From the sequence record SRR31156797_2934: 35,369 nucleotides of DNA; one strand, 5' to 3'. The position numbers were made by a program, and so were the translations under genes. The first letter of the stretch is position 1. Each line of letters opens with the position of its first letter. The notes beneath the pieces were generated by a model. The model ran no database searches. It had not been told where the DNA came from and worked only from the letters and a program-made list of their open reading frames with translations. Below, in pieces: positions 17,474 to 27,290 of this stretch.

Positions 17474-19195
17474 TTATTGGTCATCTTCACTATTAAAATC
17501 GAGTTTCACTTGTAGGTTAACATCAAAATCCATTTCATAAAAATTGAAGTATTTTACATATGGTGAATTTGTTGAATTACCATCCGTGGTGATGTATTTT
17601 ACGTTTATTATCATATTCTTGACATTTTCAAAAATATCTACACCACCATACTCATACCTAATTGTGGTCTCGCTTAGTGTTTTTTCTGTTTCCTGGTTAA
17701 CTACGCTATCAGGACCTAATAATCCAGATTCAACTATCCATAAAGTGTCTCCAAGAGGAGAATCATTTCCATTAGGAATAGAATCTATGATATTGTAAAG
17801 TGAGTCAGTTAGATAGGCTTTAAAACCTAATGCATGTGGTAAGCCATTATTAATGCTTAAATTTAAGTCTATGTAATCTATGATAGATAGGTCTTCAGAC
17901 ATAGCATCTAAGTCCATTTCCATTGTATCCACATAGTTTATTCCTTCTGTTCGCAACCACAATGGAACTTCAAAATCTACAATCGCTTCCATGCGACTAT
18001 TCTTCGACATGAAATTGGTTCGTTGTTCATCTTCATCGGGATTTAATTTAACGCTTTGATTAAATCTCAGCTGTTTTGGTAATTCCGATACTAATTCTCC
18101 TAAATTAGTGCCTGAACCAGATAGCAAGAACATAGCATTTTTTGGATTAATTGGACTTGGATATGATGGTTCAGGAGAAGTTATTATCCATGGATTTTCA
18201 TCCGTTGGTACAGCAGGACCAACTATATCGGCCCAAGTATCGTCCTGAAGCTTTAGCTGAAGTGTAGGCATACAAACACCAACTGAAAGTCCAAAGGAAT
18301 TGGCAACCTTTACTCTTATGCGTGGGTCATATAATTCAAAGCTTCCATTTTCTTCAAAATCAAAACTTTGGAAAAAATCAAGGACAAACTGTTGTTCAGG
18401 TACATCGAAAGTTTGTGTGCCTAAATATCCCCAAATATATTCATATTGAATTTCACGAAACTGAACATCAATATCACAAATGTCTGTAGGCTCAATTGGT
18501 CCGGAGCCGGGTCCTTCAACTAATGTTAATTCGTATGTAATGAAGAAATTATTAGGTGTTGCAAAATTTGTAAAATCCAGGGTGTATCCTTCCAGATCGT
18601 TATAAGTATTATTGGAAGAAAAATTCCCGGAGTTATCATTAATAGGTATTACTTTTTGATATGCTTGACCATCTTTTTTCAAATCGGGAATTGTAATAGT
18701 AACATTTCCCTGGTAATTAAAAGTTGAGGATACATTAATATCTAGAAAGCTCGATTCCAGTAATACGCTATCTAATAATTGATTGGCCGCTGCCGCTATA
18801 AAGAGGTAATTAATATTAGCTTTGGTCATTGTAACAGTTCCACCTACAAATCCACCTGCGTTTTGATAATCTTGTTCATTAAATAGGGTGTCATAGCTTT
18901 GATCAGGAAAAACAATTTCTTCTCTGGCAGTTGCTGTATATGCTGTGTCAGAATATACCAGTAGTATTAACCCTTCTTCATCGCTGGATACAAAACCGGT
19001 TGTATCTATAATATCCAATAGATCTTCTATTAAGAAGGTTGTATTGATTACTTTAAACTCCCATTCACCTTCATTTTCAATATGTGTACTTAGCTCAGTT
19101 AAGTTGAAGTTGTCATCAATGCATCCGCTGGTAAACCATACGGAGAATATGGCAATGAGGATGATTTTTAGATATTTTGTAATTTTTTTGCTCAT
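17474..19195 (-). CDS. Uncharacterised acidic beta-rich lipoprotein
   Basis: Lipobox FTSG-C-IDDNF, 573 aa; recurring N(S/G)(F/L)(G/P) turn motifs (VANSFGL, INNGLPH); no catalytic motif recognised. Confidence 0.8.
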   Translation of the reverse strand: MSKKITKYLKIILIAIFSVWFTSGCIDDNFNLTELSTHIENEGEWEFKVINTTFLIEDLLDIIDTTGFVSSDEEGLILLVYSDTAYTATAREEIVFPDQSYDTLFNEQDYQNAGGFVGGTVTMTKANINYLFIAAAANQLLDSVLLESSFLDINVSSTFNYQGNVTITIPDLKKDGQAYQKVIPINDNSGNFSSNNTYNDLEGYTLDFTNFATPNNFFITYELTLVEGPGSGPIEPTDICDIDVQFREIQYEYIWGYLGTQTFDVPEQQFVLDFFQSFDFEENGSFELYDPRIRVKVANSFGLSVGVCMPTLQLKLQDDTWADIVGPAVPTDENPWIITSPEPSYPSPINPKNAMFLLSGSGTNLGELVSELPKQLRFNQSVKLNPDEDEQRTNFMSKNSRMEAIVDFEVPLWLRTEGINYVDTMEMDLDAMSEDLSIIDYIDLNLSINNGLPHALGFKAYLTDSLYNIIDSIPNGNDSPLGDTLWIVESGLLGPDSVVNQETEKTLSETTIRYEYGGVDIFENVKNMIINVKYITTDGNSTNSPYVKYFNFYEMDFDVNLQVKLDFNSEDDQ

Positions 19196-19213
19196 ATTGT
19201 TGGTTTTACGGCT

Positions 19214-21280
19214 TTACTTGGCACTTATAATTTTAAATTCTACTCGACGGTTACGCTGTCTACCTTCTTCAGTATCATTGGTGGCAACTGGTTGCAAGTA
19301 TGCATAACCTTTATATGTTAATCTCGTTGCTTCGATTTCTTTTCCTAAAAGATAATCTACAACAGCTTTAGCTCTTTGCTCGGAAATTCTTTTGTTAACA
19401 GCTAAAGAACCTTTATTATCTGTATGTCCTGATATTTCAATTTTAAGTTTAGGATATGCTTCAAGCAATTTTACTACACGATTAAGCTCCGGATAAGAAG
19501 TAGTTCTTAGAATAGTTTTACCATATTCAAAGAATATATTGTTTAAAATTACTTTTGTTCCGGCTGCCAGTTTATTCATGGCAATGTCTTTAATAATTTC
19601 CTGATAGTTTGTGGCAGGAGGAATGTTAAAGTTTTCTGAATGGAACAGGTAATCCTTAGCCTTGATGGTCATGGCGTAGTTTTTACCCGAAGGCAATGAA
19701 ACTAAATATTCACCACCTTCACCAGTTTCACTGGTCATGATGATTGAGTCAGCATCATTATCGGTGATGTCAATATTGGCATTGATAGGATCATTAGTTA
19801 TGGCATCGTAGATTTTACCTTTTACAATGGTTAACCTGATGGTCTTAATTTCAACTGATTTTTCTATTACAGTTTCTGTAATAGGTTCAGCAATACTGGC
19901 AATCAGCATATCTTCTGAGCTCTGAATAAGTGGCTTTTCAGGTCCTAAGAATATAATTTCGTAAATATCATAATCCTGTCCTTCTCTTCCACGTGAGCTA
20001 TAATATCCATACCGTCCGTTTGCTGTAATGCCAAAAAACAGGTCATCGCCCGGCGTGTTTATTGGGTATCCGAGGTTTTCGGGTGTACTCCAGGTGCCAT
20101 CTGATTGCAATTCTGATTTGAATAAATCATAACCACCCATACTGGTGTGTCCTTTTGAGCTGAAGTATAGTACTTGTCCACTAGGATGCAAGAATACACC
20201 TTCTTCGTCATAAACTGAATTGAGCGTGGCACCGGCATTAACCGGTTTATTCCATTTTTTATTGCTTTTTGAGCGAGTTGAAATGTAAATATCTTGTCCT
20301 CCAACTTTGTTGTCATCTTCCCGGTCACTTACAAAATACATGGTACGATTATCATAAGCAATAGTAGCAGATGATTCCCGGTATTTACTGTTTATTCTGG
20401 CAAACTCACTGTCTTTTGGAGTTTTCCATTTTGTATTTTTATATTCGGTTTTAAATAAATCACCACCATTATTTTTACCATCAAAAACTAGCAGTTGCAT
20501 TCCGTTTGGAGATAATCCTACAACCGCATTGTTTTCTTTCGTATTGATTTTTTTAGAGATGTTACCATTTAAATTCCATTCCCGACCTCTCTTTCCGGCC
20601 CAAAATATGTTCTCAACAAATTGACCTGTGGGTTTATAAACAATTTCTTTTTTATTTGCTGGTTGCTTTGATGTGAAATACATTTTTTTTCCATCAGGCG
20701 GAATAACAGGGGCAAAGTCATCGTAATCAGAACTAATTTCGTCAATTCTTGTGATGAAAACTCTGGCCGTATCAGCAATGTATTCTTTGGCGTATCTGCA
20801 TTCACTGATATGCTTTTCGATTTTATCATTCATGAAACCAAGCTGCTCAGCTGTTAGTGTGCCTCTATATTCATTCATAAGAGCAATGGCTTCATCAAAT
20901 TTGTAATTAATATGCTTTGCTTTAGCCAGGTGGTAAATTAAATCAGGATGGATTTCTTTATCCTTATTATAAGCTTTTTCAATATATCTCTCAGCCCAGG
21001 CTGTTGGTTTTGATTTTAAGTATGAAAGCCCTAACCAAAAATTTAGAGCAGCATTATCCTGGGTTTTCTCATAAGCATTTCTAAAATGGTCAGCAGCTTC
21101 AATATAAGATGCAAAAGTATTTTCCTTGAATGCACTTTTCCCTTTTCGGATTTGCTTCTTAATTGTATATCTCTCTTTGAAAGTTTCAAACTTTTCTTTA
21201 TCTATCTTGATTTTAATCTTTTGACTAAAACCAGTAGAACTAATAGTAAGCAGTATTATTAAAAGGTAAATATATCGCAT
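19214..21280 (-). CDS. PorE-like TPR-PD40 propeller-CRD-OmpA_C peptidoglycan-binding protein
   Basis: Likely start MRYIYLL (ATG 21280; the ORF track starts at 21307); TPR helices, PD40 repeats (PDGKKMYFTS, LYFSSKGHTSMGGYDLF, PENLGYPINTPGDD), CRD-like VKGKIYDAIT, OmpA_C (IEISGHTDNKG, SEQRAKAVVDYL, GRQRNRRVEF). Confidence 0.9.
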   Translation of the reverse strand: MRYIYLLIILLTISSTGFSQKIKIKIDKEKFETFKERYTIKKQIRKGKSAFKENTFASYIEAADHFRNAYEKTQDNAALNFWLGLSYLKSKPTAWAERYIEKAYNKDKEIHPDLIYHLAKAKHINYKFDEAIALMNEYRGTLTAEQLGFMNDKIEKHISECRYAKEYIADTARVFITRIDEISSDYDDFAPVIPPDGKKMYFTSKQPANKKEIVYKPTGQFVENIFWAGKRGREWNLNGNISKKINTKENNAVVGLSPNGMQLLVFDGKNNGGDLFKTEYKNTKWKTPKDSEFARINSKYRESSATIAYDNRTMYFVSDREDDNKVGGQDIYISTRSKSNKKWNKPVNAGATLNSVYDEEGVFLHPSGQVLYFSSKGHTSMGGYDLFKSELQSDGTWSTPENLGYPINTPGDDLFFGITANGRYGYYSSRGREGQDYDIYEIIFLGPEKPLIQSSEDMLIASIAEPITETVIEKSVEIKTIRLTIVKGKIYDAITNDPINANIDITDNDADSIIMTSETGEGGEYLVSLPSGKNYAMTIKAKDYLFHSENFNIPPATNYQEIIKDIAMNKLAAGTKVILNNIFFEYGKTILRTTSYPELNRVVKLLEAYPKLKIEISGHTDNKGSLAVNKRISEQRAKAVVDYLLGKEIEATRLTYKGYAYLQPVATNDTEEGRQRNRRVEFKIISAK

Positions 21281-21296
21281 GATGTCTTTATTTACT

Positions 21297-22364
21297 TTAG
21301 TTTTCATTACAATAAATCATGAAGTTTTTGGCTTGTTCTATGCCAAGTTCACTTGCTTTTCCCCAATCTGCACAAGCTCCTTCAAAGTCTTTAATCATTT
21401 CTTTGGCATTTCCTCTGTTCATATAGGCAATGCCATATTTAGGATCCATCTCAATAGCTTTTGTGAGGTTTTCTATTGCTTCGTTATAGCGAGCAAGTTT
21501 TATAAGTGCAGTGCCTAAATTATTATAGGCATATAAGTAATCGTCTTTTATTTCAATGGCTTTTTTATAATCTATAACCGCACCTTCAAAATCATTGTCT
21601 TTGTATCTGGCAAATCCTCTGTTGTTGAATGCCATATACATTGAAGAGTCCATTTTGATTGCCAGACTATATTCTTCAATAGCCTCTTTAAAGGCACCTT
21701 TTGCTCTTTTAACAGATCCCAGGTTATTGTAGGCGATTGACATTTGAGGATCAAGTTGAATGGCTTTGTTATAATCTTCAATGGCTGCATCAAAGTTTTC
21801 AATTAATCTTCTTGCACTTCCTCTGTCATGATAAGCATAAGTAAAATCAGGATTTAAATTGATAGCCAATGTAAAATCACTTATGGCGCCGTCATATTCT
21901 TTATTCTTAAAATCTATTACACCACGGTAATAATATAGATTAGGACTATTGAGCTCTAAATCAATAGCTTTGGAGTAATCCTTATGTGCTTCAACTAAAT
22001 TGTTCTGTAGATCATAAGCCCTACCTCTGTTATAATATGCAAATGCCAATGCTGAATCGATTTCGATAGCTTTTGTAAGATTAACGATAGCTTCATCCAA
22101 AACATCCATTTTGATGAGTGTACTACCTAAATTCAAGTAAGCTTTGGCGAAATTATTATCATGTTCAAGTGCTGTTTTAAAGCTGTTCACGGCTCCTTCC
22201 AAATCTCCTGCATTGAATTGTCTGATACCTTTATTGTAGGCCAATTCAGCTTCCTGGTTTTTGGCTGCTACCAATGTCGGGTCATCGAATAACTGGGGTT
22301 CTTCAACCTGACTAAACAGTGCCAACGGGATGAAAAGCAAAAGTAATAGTAGGTGCTTTTTCAT
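21297..22364 (-). CDS. Exported tetratricopeptide-repeat protein
   Basis: Signal peptide followed by about nine 34-aa TPRs (AYxNRG...A..DY.KAI.L.P) and a C-terminal GACADWGKASELG cap. Confidence 0.92.
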   Translation of the reverse strand: MKKHLLLLLLFIPLALFSQVEEPQLFDDPTLVAAKNQEAELAYNKGIRQFNAGDLEGAVNSFKTALEHDNNFAKAYLNLGSTLIKMDVLDEAIVNLTKAIEIDSALAFAYYNRGRAYDLQNNLVEAHKDYSKAIDLELNSPNLYYYRGVIDFKNKEYDGAISDFTLAINLNPDFTYAYHDRGSARRLIENFDAAIEDYNKAIQLDPQMSIAYNNLGSVKRAKGAFKEAIEEYSLAIKMDSSMYMAFNNRGFARYKDNDFEGAVIDYKKAIEIKDDYLYAYNNLGTALIKLARYNEAIENLTKAIEMDPKYGIAYMNRGNAKEMIKDFEGACADWGKASELGIEQAKNFMIYCNEN

Positions 22365-22751
22365 ATTGATTTATTTTTTGAATGAATAATATCGTTTTCT
22401 ATAGTTCTTATAAGAACTGATATTTAATATGTTACAAATCTTTGACGAATGTAACTGTTTTCTCCCTTAATCGATCTCAAAAATATAATATTATTCGAGC
22501 AATTACAAGGGTATTTTTACTGCTTAACTTACGTAAAAACTGAGGATTGCGATATAAGTACTTGACTTACAGTTCAGTGTGTTTTTAGTTAACAATTTAT
22601 TGGGAATGAGTTTAAATAACAATTTGGTTAATAGCTCATTGTATTTGATGAATGAATCTTTTTATTACTGAAATGAAGAACTGTTTGAAAGAATTTTTTT
22701 TGCAACATATTCATATTAGCTTTGTTTCCTCTTCACAAACTATTGAAACAT

Positions 22752-23693
22752 ATGCAACTTAATGAGATATTAAACATAAAATATCCGGTAATTTTGGCTC
22801 CGATGTTTTTAGTTACCAATGTAAAAATGGTTGAAGCTGCTATTGATGCTGGGGCAACAGGTGCTTTAGTTGCACATAATTATAGAAATTCCAATGATTT
22901 AAGAAAAGATATTCAATACCTAAAAAAACTAAATAAGCGTCCTTTCGGGGTTAATGTTGTTCTTGACTTTCTAAATGAAAAAAACAGAGAAAATCTTGAA
23001 GTTTGTATTGAAGAGCGTGTAGATTTTTTAATTACCTCTTTGGGTGATCCGGGGGATGTGATTAAAAGATGCAAGCCAAAGGAAATTAAAGTGTTTTGTG
23101 ATGTTGTAAACGAGCGCCATGCTGCAAAAGCAGCAGGCAGAGGAGCTGATGCTATTATTGCGGTGAATAATCGCGCTGGAGGACATGCTGGAGCCATGCC
23201 AGTTCAAGATATTATTTCTATGCTTAAAAGTAAGTTTGAAGTTCCTATTATTTCTGCTGGAGGTGTTGTAACACATGAGCAATTCAAAGAAGTAATGGAA
23301 ATGGGTGCTGCTGGTGTTTCGGTTGGCTCAGCTTTTATTGCGACAAAAGAAAGTAATGTACCCGTTGAATATAAAGAAGCTGTAATAACTAGTGGTGAAA
23401 AGGATGTAATCTTAACTAAGAGATTGTCAGGAGTACCCTCAACTGTTATCAATACAAAGTATATTCAATCGCTTGGAGAATCCAAATCATGGATAGAAAA
23501 GCAATTAAAAAAGCGAAAAAAAACCAAAAGACTTGTTCAAAAGGCTATGCATAAAACAGGGTTGGGAAAATATGAGCACAAAGTTGTAGGACCTGATTTC
23601 ACAAAAGTTTATAGTGCCGGACCATCCATAGCGGATGTGCATGAGGAAACCAGTGTGCGTTCTGTAATTGAACGGTTGGTAGGAGTTTTTTAA
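22752..23693 (+). CDS. Nitronate monooxygenase / FabK-like FMN-dependent oxidoreductase
   Basis: Likely start MQLNEIL (ATG 22752; the ORF track uses TTG 22722); YPVILAPM, PFGVN, AGGHAG, PIISAGG, GVSVGSAFIATKES. Confidence 0.88.
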   Translation: MQLNEILNIKYPVILAPMFLVTNVKMVEAAIDAGATGALVAHNYRNSNDLRKDIQYLKKLNKRPFGVNVVLDFLNEKNRENLEVCIEERVDFLITSLGDPGDVIKRCKPKEIKVFCDVVNERHAAKAAGRGADAIIAVNNRAGGHAGAMPVQDIISMLKSKFEVPIISAGGVVTHEQFKEVMEMGAAGVSVGSAFIATKESNVPVEYKEAVITSGEKDVILTKRLSGVPSTVINTKYIQSLGESKSWIEKQLKKRKKTKRLVQKAMHKTGLGKYEHKVVGPDFTKVYSAGPSIADVHEETSVRSVIERLVGVF

Positions 23694-24607
23694 TCTGCCC
23701 TTAAAGGTTTTTTTCCTTCAGATTTATTATCGTAATACCTGATAGAAGGATAAGCAAAATCAATATCTTCATTTTTACTGAATGCTCTGAGGATATCTTC
23801 CCAGATTTGTTCGTTTAATAACCTTCTTTTTTTCGATTGAACCAAATATCTTGCTTTCAGCATAACACCACTGTCTTCAATACTGGTATAAACCCTGGGA
23901 GACAGTTCCTGATAGAAAATAAGGTATTTTTTAGATGCCCTTTGGATTTCTTGTTTGGCATGTGCCACATTTGATTCAGTATGTTTGATTGTAATTTCTT
24001 CAATGAGTTTTTTTGCTTTTTCCCAATTACTTTCAAATGTGACTAAAATACCCATCTCGTCCCAAATGTATTGAAAACCAGTAGTGTAATTGGCGAGCTT
24101 GTTGTAAAAAACTACGGAGTTTGGTATGTGTATTACTCGGCCGGTGCTTTGATCTCCATCAACCCAATTGCCAATTTCTATTAGGGTAAATTGAAATAAT
24201 CTCATATCAATTACATCTCCTTTGAAGCCTTCAATTTCTATTCGGTCTGAAAGTTGAAATGGTTTTCGCCAAATGATAAATAACCAGCCAGCTAAATTGG
24301 TAATGGGGTCTTTTAATGCAATGGCCAAACCTGCAGAGACTAATCCGAAAAATGTGGCCAGTGAGGTAAATTTTATTAACCACAAATCAGCAACCAGTAT
24401 GATGAAGAGAATGAATGCTGTACGTTTTATGATTTTGCGCCATCGATATTGTTTTTTTAAATCGTCAACCCATTTATGTAATAACCCAATACTTATGCGA
24501 GATAGTAGCCAAAATATAAAACCTGTGATAAGTGTTTTGTAAATTTTGATTTGTAATGGTACGGGAATACCTGTATATGATTTGATTAATTCAAAAATAT
24601 CTTCCAT
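23690..24607 (-). CDS. Small-conductance mechanosensitive channel (MscS family)
   Basis: GLVSAGLAIALKDPITNLAGW, KPFQLSDRIEI, GRVIHIPNS, IDFAYP; stop codon overlaps the convergent NMO stop (TTAA, 23690-23693). Confidence 0.92.
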   Translation of the reverse strand: MEDIFELIKSYTGIPVPLQIKIYKTLITGFIFWLLSRISIGLLHKWVDDLKKQYRWRKIIKRTAFILFIILVADLWLIKFTSLATFFGLVSAGLAIALKDPITNLAGWLFIIWRKPFQLSDRIEIEGFKGDVIDMRLFQFTLIEIGNWVDGDQSTGRVIHIPNSVVFYNKLANYTTGFQYIWDEMGILVTFESNWEKAKKLIEEITIKHTESNVAHAKQEIQRASKKYLIFYQELSPRVYTSIEDSGVMLKARYLVQSKKRRLLNEQIWEDILRAFSKNEDIDFAYPSIRYYDNKSEGKKPLRAD

Positions 24608-24740
24608 TTTTAATAAGATTTATTGCAAGTTAATAGTTTACATTAATTTTCGCATCATTTTTGACACATTCATATCTAAATGTAAGATCAGTTGAAAAAT
24701 AAATTGGTGCCTGCAAACGGTTTTTTGTATATTTAAAATT

Positions 24741-27158
24741 ATGATTAAGGGATATTTAACCTGTTTTATATTTATTGTTTCTATACTTCTTTTTGTCTCA
24801 ACCGGTAAAAGTCAAGTTACTACTACAGATTTATCAGATTGGGATGGAGAAGATTATAAGGTTATTGATAAAAACTGGGTTTTTATTCCTAATCAATTTG
24901 TCTTGTCAAATGATAAAGTAGGTTATTCAAATACTATTGATATAGGAGCTTCTTGGAATGATTTTGAAATGCCTGAAGGTAAATTTGGTGCTGTGGGAAA
25001 AGGTACTTACATGAAGACTATATTTCTCCCTAAAAGAAATACACTCTACGAACTTGATTTTGGTACTATTTCCAGTTCTTATGTGCTGTATATCAATGAT
25101 AGTTTAGTAAAGAAAGTTGGTGATCCCTATGCTAATGAAGGTAATTCCGTTTCAAAATACAATACAGAAATTATAAATCACTACGCTAAAAACCTTGTTT
25201 TAAAAATTACTGTCCATGTTGCTAACTGGGAGTATTCAAAAGGCGGTATGTGGTCACAATTGTATTTAAGTGCAAATAATTATGCTAAGAATAAACGCTC
25301 TAAGCGAATCAGTCTTATTTTTATCTTATTTGGTGGCGTATTGGTGATGAGTTTTTATCATGGTGGACTTTATTTGTTGCGCCGCAAAGAGACTGGTTTT
25401 CTATTTTTCTTTTTGTGGACGCTAGCAGCAAGTTTTAGGCTTTTGTTTAGTGATAGGTATTATCCAATTTACGATCTCATTGACTTGGATTGGTTTTGGA
25501 CTATTAAACTTGAGTATTTTTCTTTCTATGCAGCTGTGCCGCTATTCATGCAATTTATATATGAGATTTTTCCCAAAACTATAAGTAAGCAATTTATCAG
25601 GATTTATAATGCTATTGGGCTTCTATTCGCATTGAGTGTCTTTATTTTAAATATAACAACTCTAACAAAAACCGTAATTATATATCAAGGCTATACTTTT
25701 ATTGGTATTCTTTATATGGTTTTTGCCTTGGTTAAAATCTTAAAAAAGAAAGAAAGTGGGTCCATTATTTTTGCCATTGGATTTCTGGCATTAACAATAG
25801 CTGTAGCCCATGATATTTTGGTTTCAAATCAATTATTAAGTAGGAATTATTGGTTGCCAACTGGTATGTTGATTTTTATATTCTTGCAAGCATATTTGTT
25901 GGCTTCAAGATTTACAAACACCTTTTCAAAAGCTGAAGTGCTGAGTATGCAACTTAATTATATGAATCTTCATTTGGAGAAAATTGTGGATGAACGAACT
26001 GAAAAGCTAAAAGAAGCTAATGATTTATTAAAACAAAAAAATGAAGAAGTTTCAAAGCAATCAGATCAATTAGAGATCATGAATAAAGAGCTCAAGAAGT
26101 TAAGTATTGCGGCAAGTGAGACGGATAATGGAATCATTATTACTGATAAAAAGGGAGAAATAGAATGGGTGAATAGAGGTTTTGAGAAAATGTATGGTTT
26201 TTCTTTGAGTGAAATTCACAAAAACCTTGGCTCTAATTTAAAAAATGCAGGCAGGGGTGAAAATATGGCAGAGCTATTTGACAAAGCTGTTGCATTAAAA
26301 AAGTCTGTTAATTACGAGTCATCTCTAGAATCGAAAGACGGGGAAATGAAAGATGTACAGACAACGCTTACTCCAGTTCTTGATTCACAGGGTGATATTC
26401 TTTATTTAGTGGCCATTGATACAGATATTGGTGAAATAAAAAGGGTGCAAAAAGAGTTGTCAAAAACCATATCAGCAAAAAATAAATTATTCTCGATTAT
26501 AGCGCATGATTTACGTAATCCATTTAACAGCTTACTTGGTCTGACAGAGTTGATTATTGAGCAATATGATAGTCTGAAACCGGAGGAACTATTACAGTTT
26601 ATTAAAGATTTAAATGATGCCTCAAAGAGTACTTATGCACTATTGCTCAATTTATTAGATTGGTCCAGATCTCAACGAAATAAAATTGAGATTCAACCTG
26701 CTGATTTTAATTTGAAAGCTTTGGTTAATGATTCTCTTGAAAGCTTTAAGCCAATGCTTCAAAAGAAACAGTTGGATGTGGAAATTGATATTTTAGAAGA
26801 GATTTTTGTATATGTAGACAAACCCACAATTGAAACCGTTTTTCGTAACCTCATTTCAAATGCTATCAAATTTTCTCCCGAAGGAAAAAAAATCTTCATT
26901 TCAGCAACATTAAATGCAAAATATATTGAAATACAGATTAAAGATCAGGGAGTTGGAATTCCGAAAGAGAAAATTAGCTTGCTATTCTCCCTGGAAGGAC
27001 AATATTCTACAAAGGGTACTAATCAAGAAAAAGGTACTGGTATTGGATTGATGCTATGTAAAGATTTTGTGGAGAAAAATGGAGGTGAAATATCTGTACA
27101 AAGTAAAGTAGATGTTGGTTCTACTTTTACAATAAAACTACCGGCTTCGAGAATTTAA
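24741..27158 (+). CDS. Sensor histidine kinase with extracellular sugar-binding-like domain, 7TM-DISM, PAS, HisKA and HATPase
   Basis: Signal peptide; jelly-roll-like ectodomain (GKGTY, SSYVLYIND, VHVANW..KGGMW); seven TM segments; coiled coil and PAS; H-box SIIAHDLRNPF, N-box RNLISNAIKFS, DQGVGI, GTGIGL. Confidence 0.93.
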   Translation: MIKGYLTCFIFIVSILLFVSTGKSQVTTTDLSDWDGEDYKVIDKNWVFIPNQFVLSNDKVGYSNTIDIGASWNDFEMPEGKFGAVGKGTYMKTIFLPKRNTLYELDFGTISSSYVLYINDSLVKKVGDPYANEGNSVSKYNTEIINHYAKNLVLKITVHVANWEYSKGGMWSQLYLSANNYAKNKRSKRISLIFILFGGVLVMSFYHGGLYLLRRKETGFLFFFLWTLAASFRLLFSDRYYPIYDLIDLDWFWTIKLEYFSFYAAVPLFMQFIYEIFPKTISKQFIRIYNAIGLLFALSVFILNITTLTKTVIIYQGYTFIGILYMVFALVKILKKKESGSIIFAIGFLALTIAVAHDILVSNQLLSRNYWLPTGMLIFIFLQAYLLASRFTNTFSKAEVLSMQLNYMNLHLEKIVDERTEKLKEANDLLKQKNEEVSKQSDQLEIMNKELKKLSIAASETDNGIIITDKKGEIEWVNRGFEKMYGFSLSEIHKNLGSNLKNAGRGENMAELFDKAVALKKSVNYESSLESKDGEMKDVQTTLTPVLDSQGDILYLVAIDTDIGEIKRVQKELSKTISAKNKLFSIIAHDLRNPFNSLLGLTELIIEQYDSLKPEELLQFIKDLNDASKSTYALLLNLLDWSRSQRNKIEIQPADFNLKALVNDSLESFKPMLQKKQLDVEIDILEEIFVYVDKPTIETVFRNLISNAIKFSPEGKKIFISATLNAKYIEIQIKDQGVGIPKEKISLLFSLEGQYSTKGTNQEKGTGIGLMLCKDFVEKNGGEISVQSKVDVGSTFTIKLPASRI

Positions 27159-27198
27159 TTCTAACTCAAAGTTTTTAACAAACCTATTGTATTTCGTT

Positions 27199-27216
27199 TA
27201 CTAAATCGTTTTAGAT
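27199..27216. promoter_or_regulatory. Palindromic operator upstream of the sugar transporter-ROK operon
   Basis: TACTAAATCGTTTTAGAT matches 29752-29769 at 17 of 18 positions; lies just upstream of the -7 element TAAATTTG (27227-27234). Confidence 0.7.
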
Positions 27217-27290
27217 ATAATAAAACTAAATTTGATTTGAGTTGCAAATCATCGGAAAAAGTACCATATTAGCCGGAAAATTTCCCGAAT

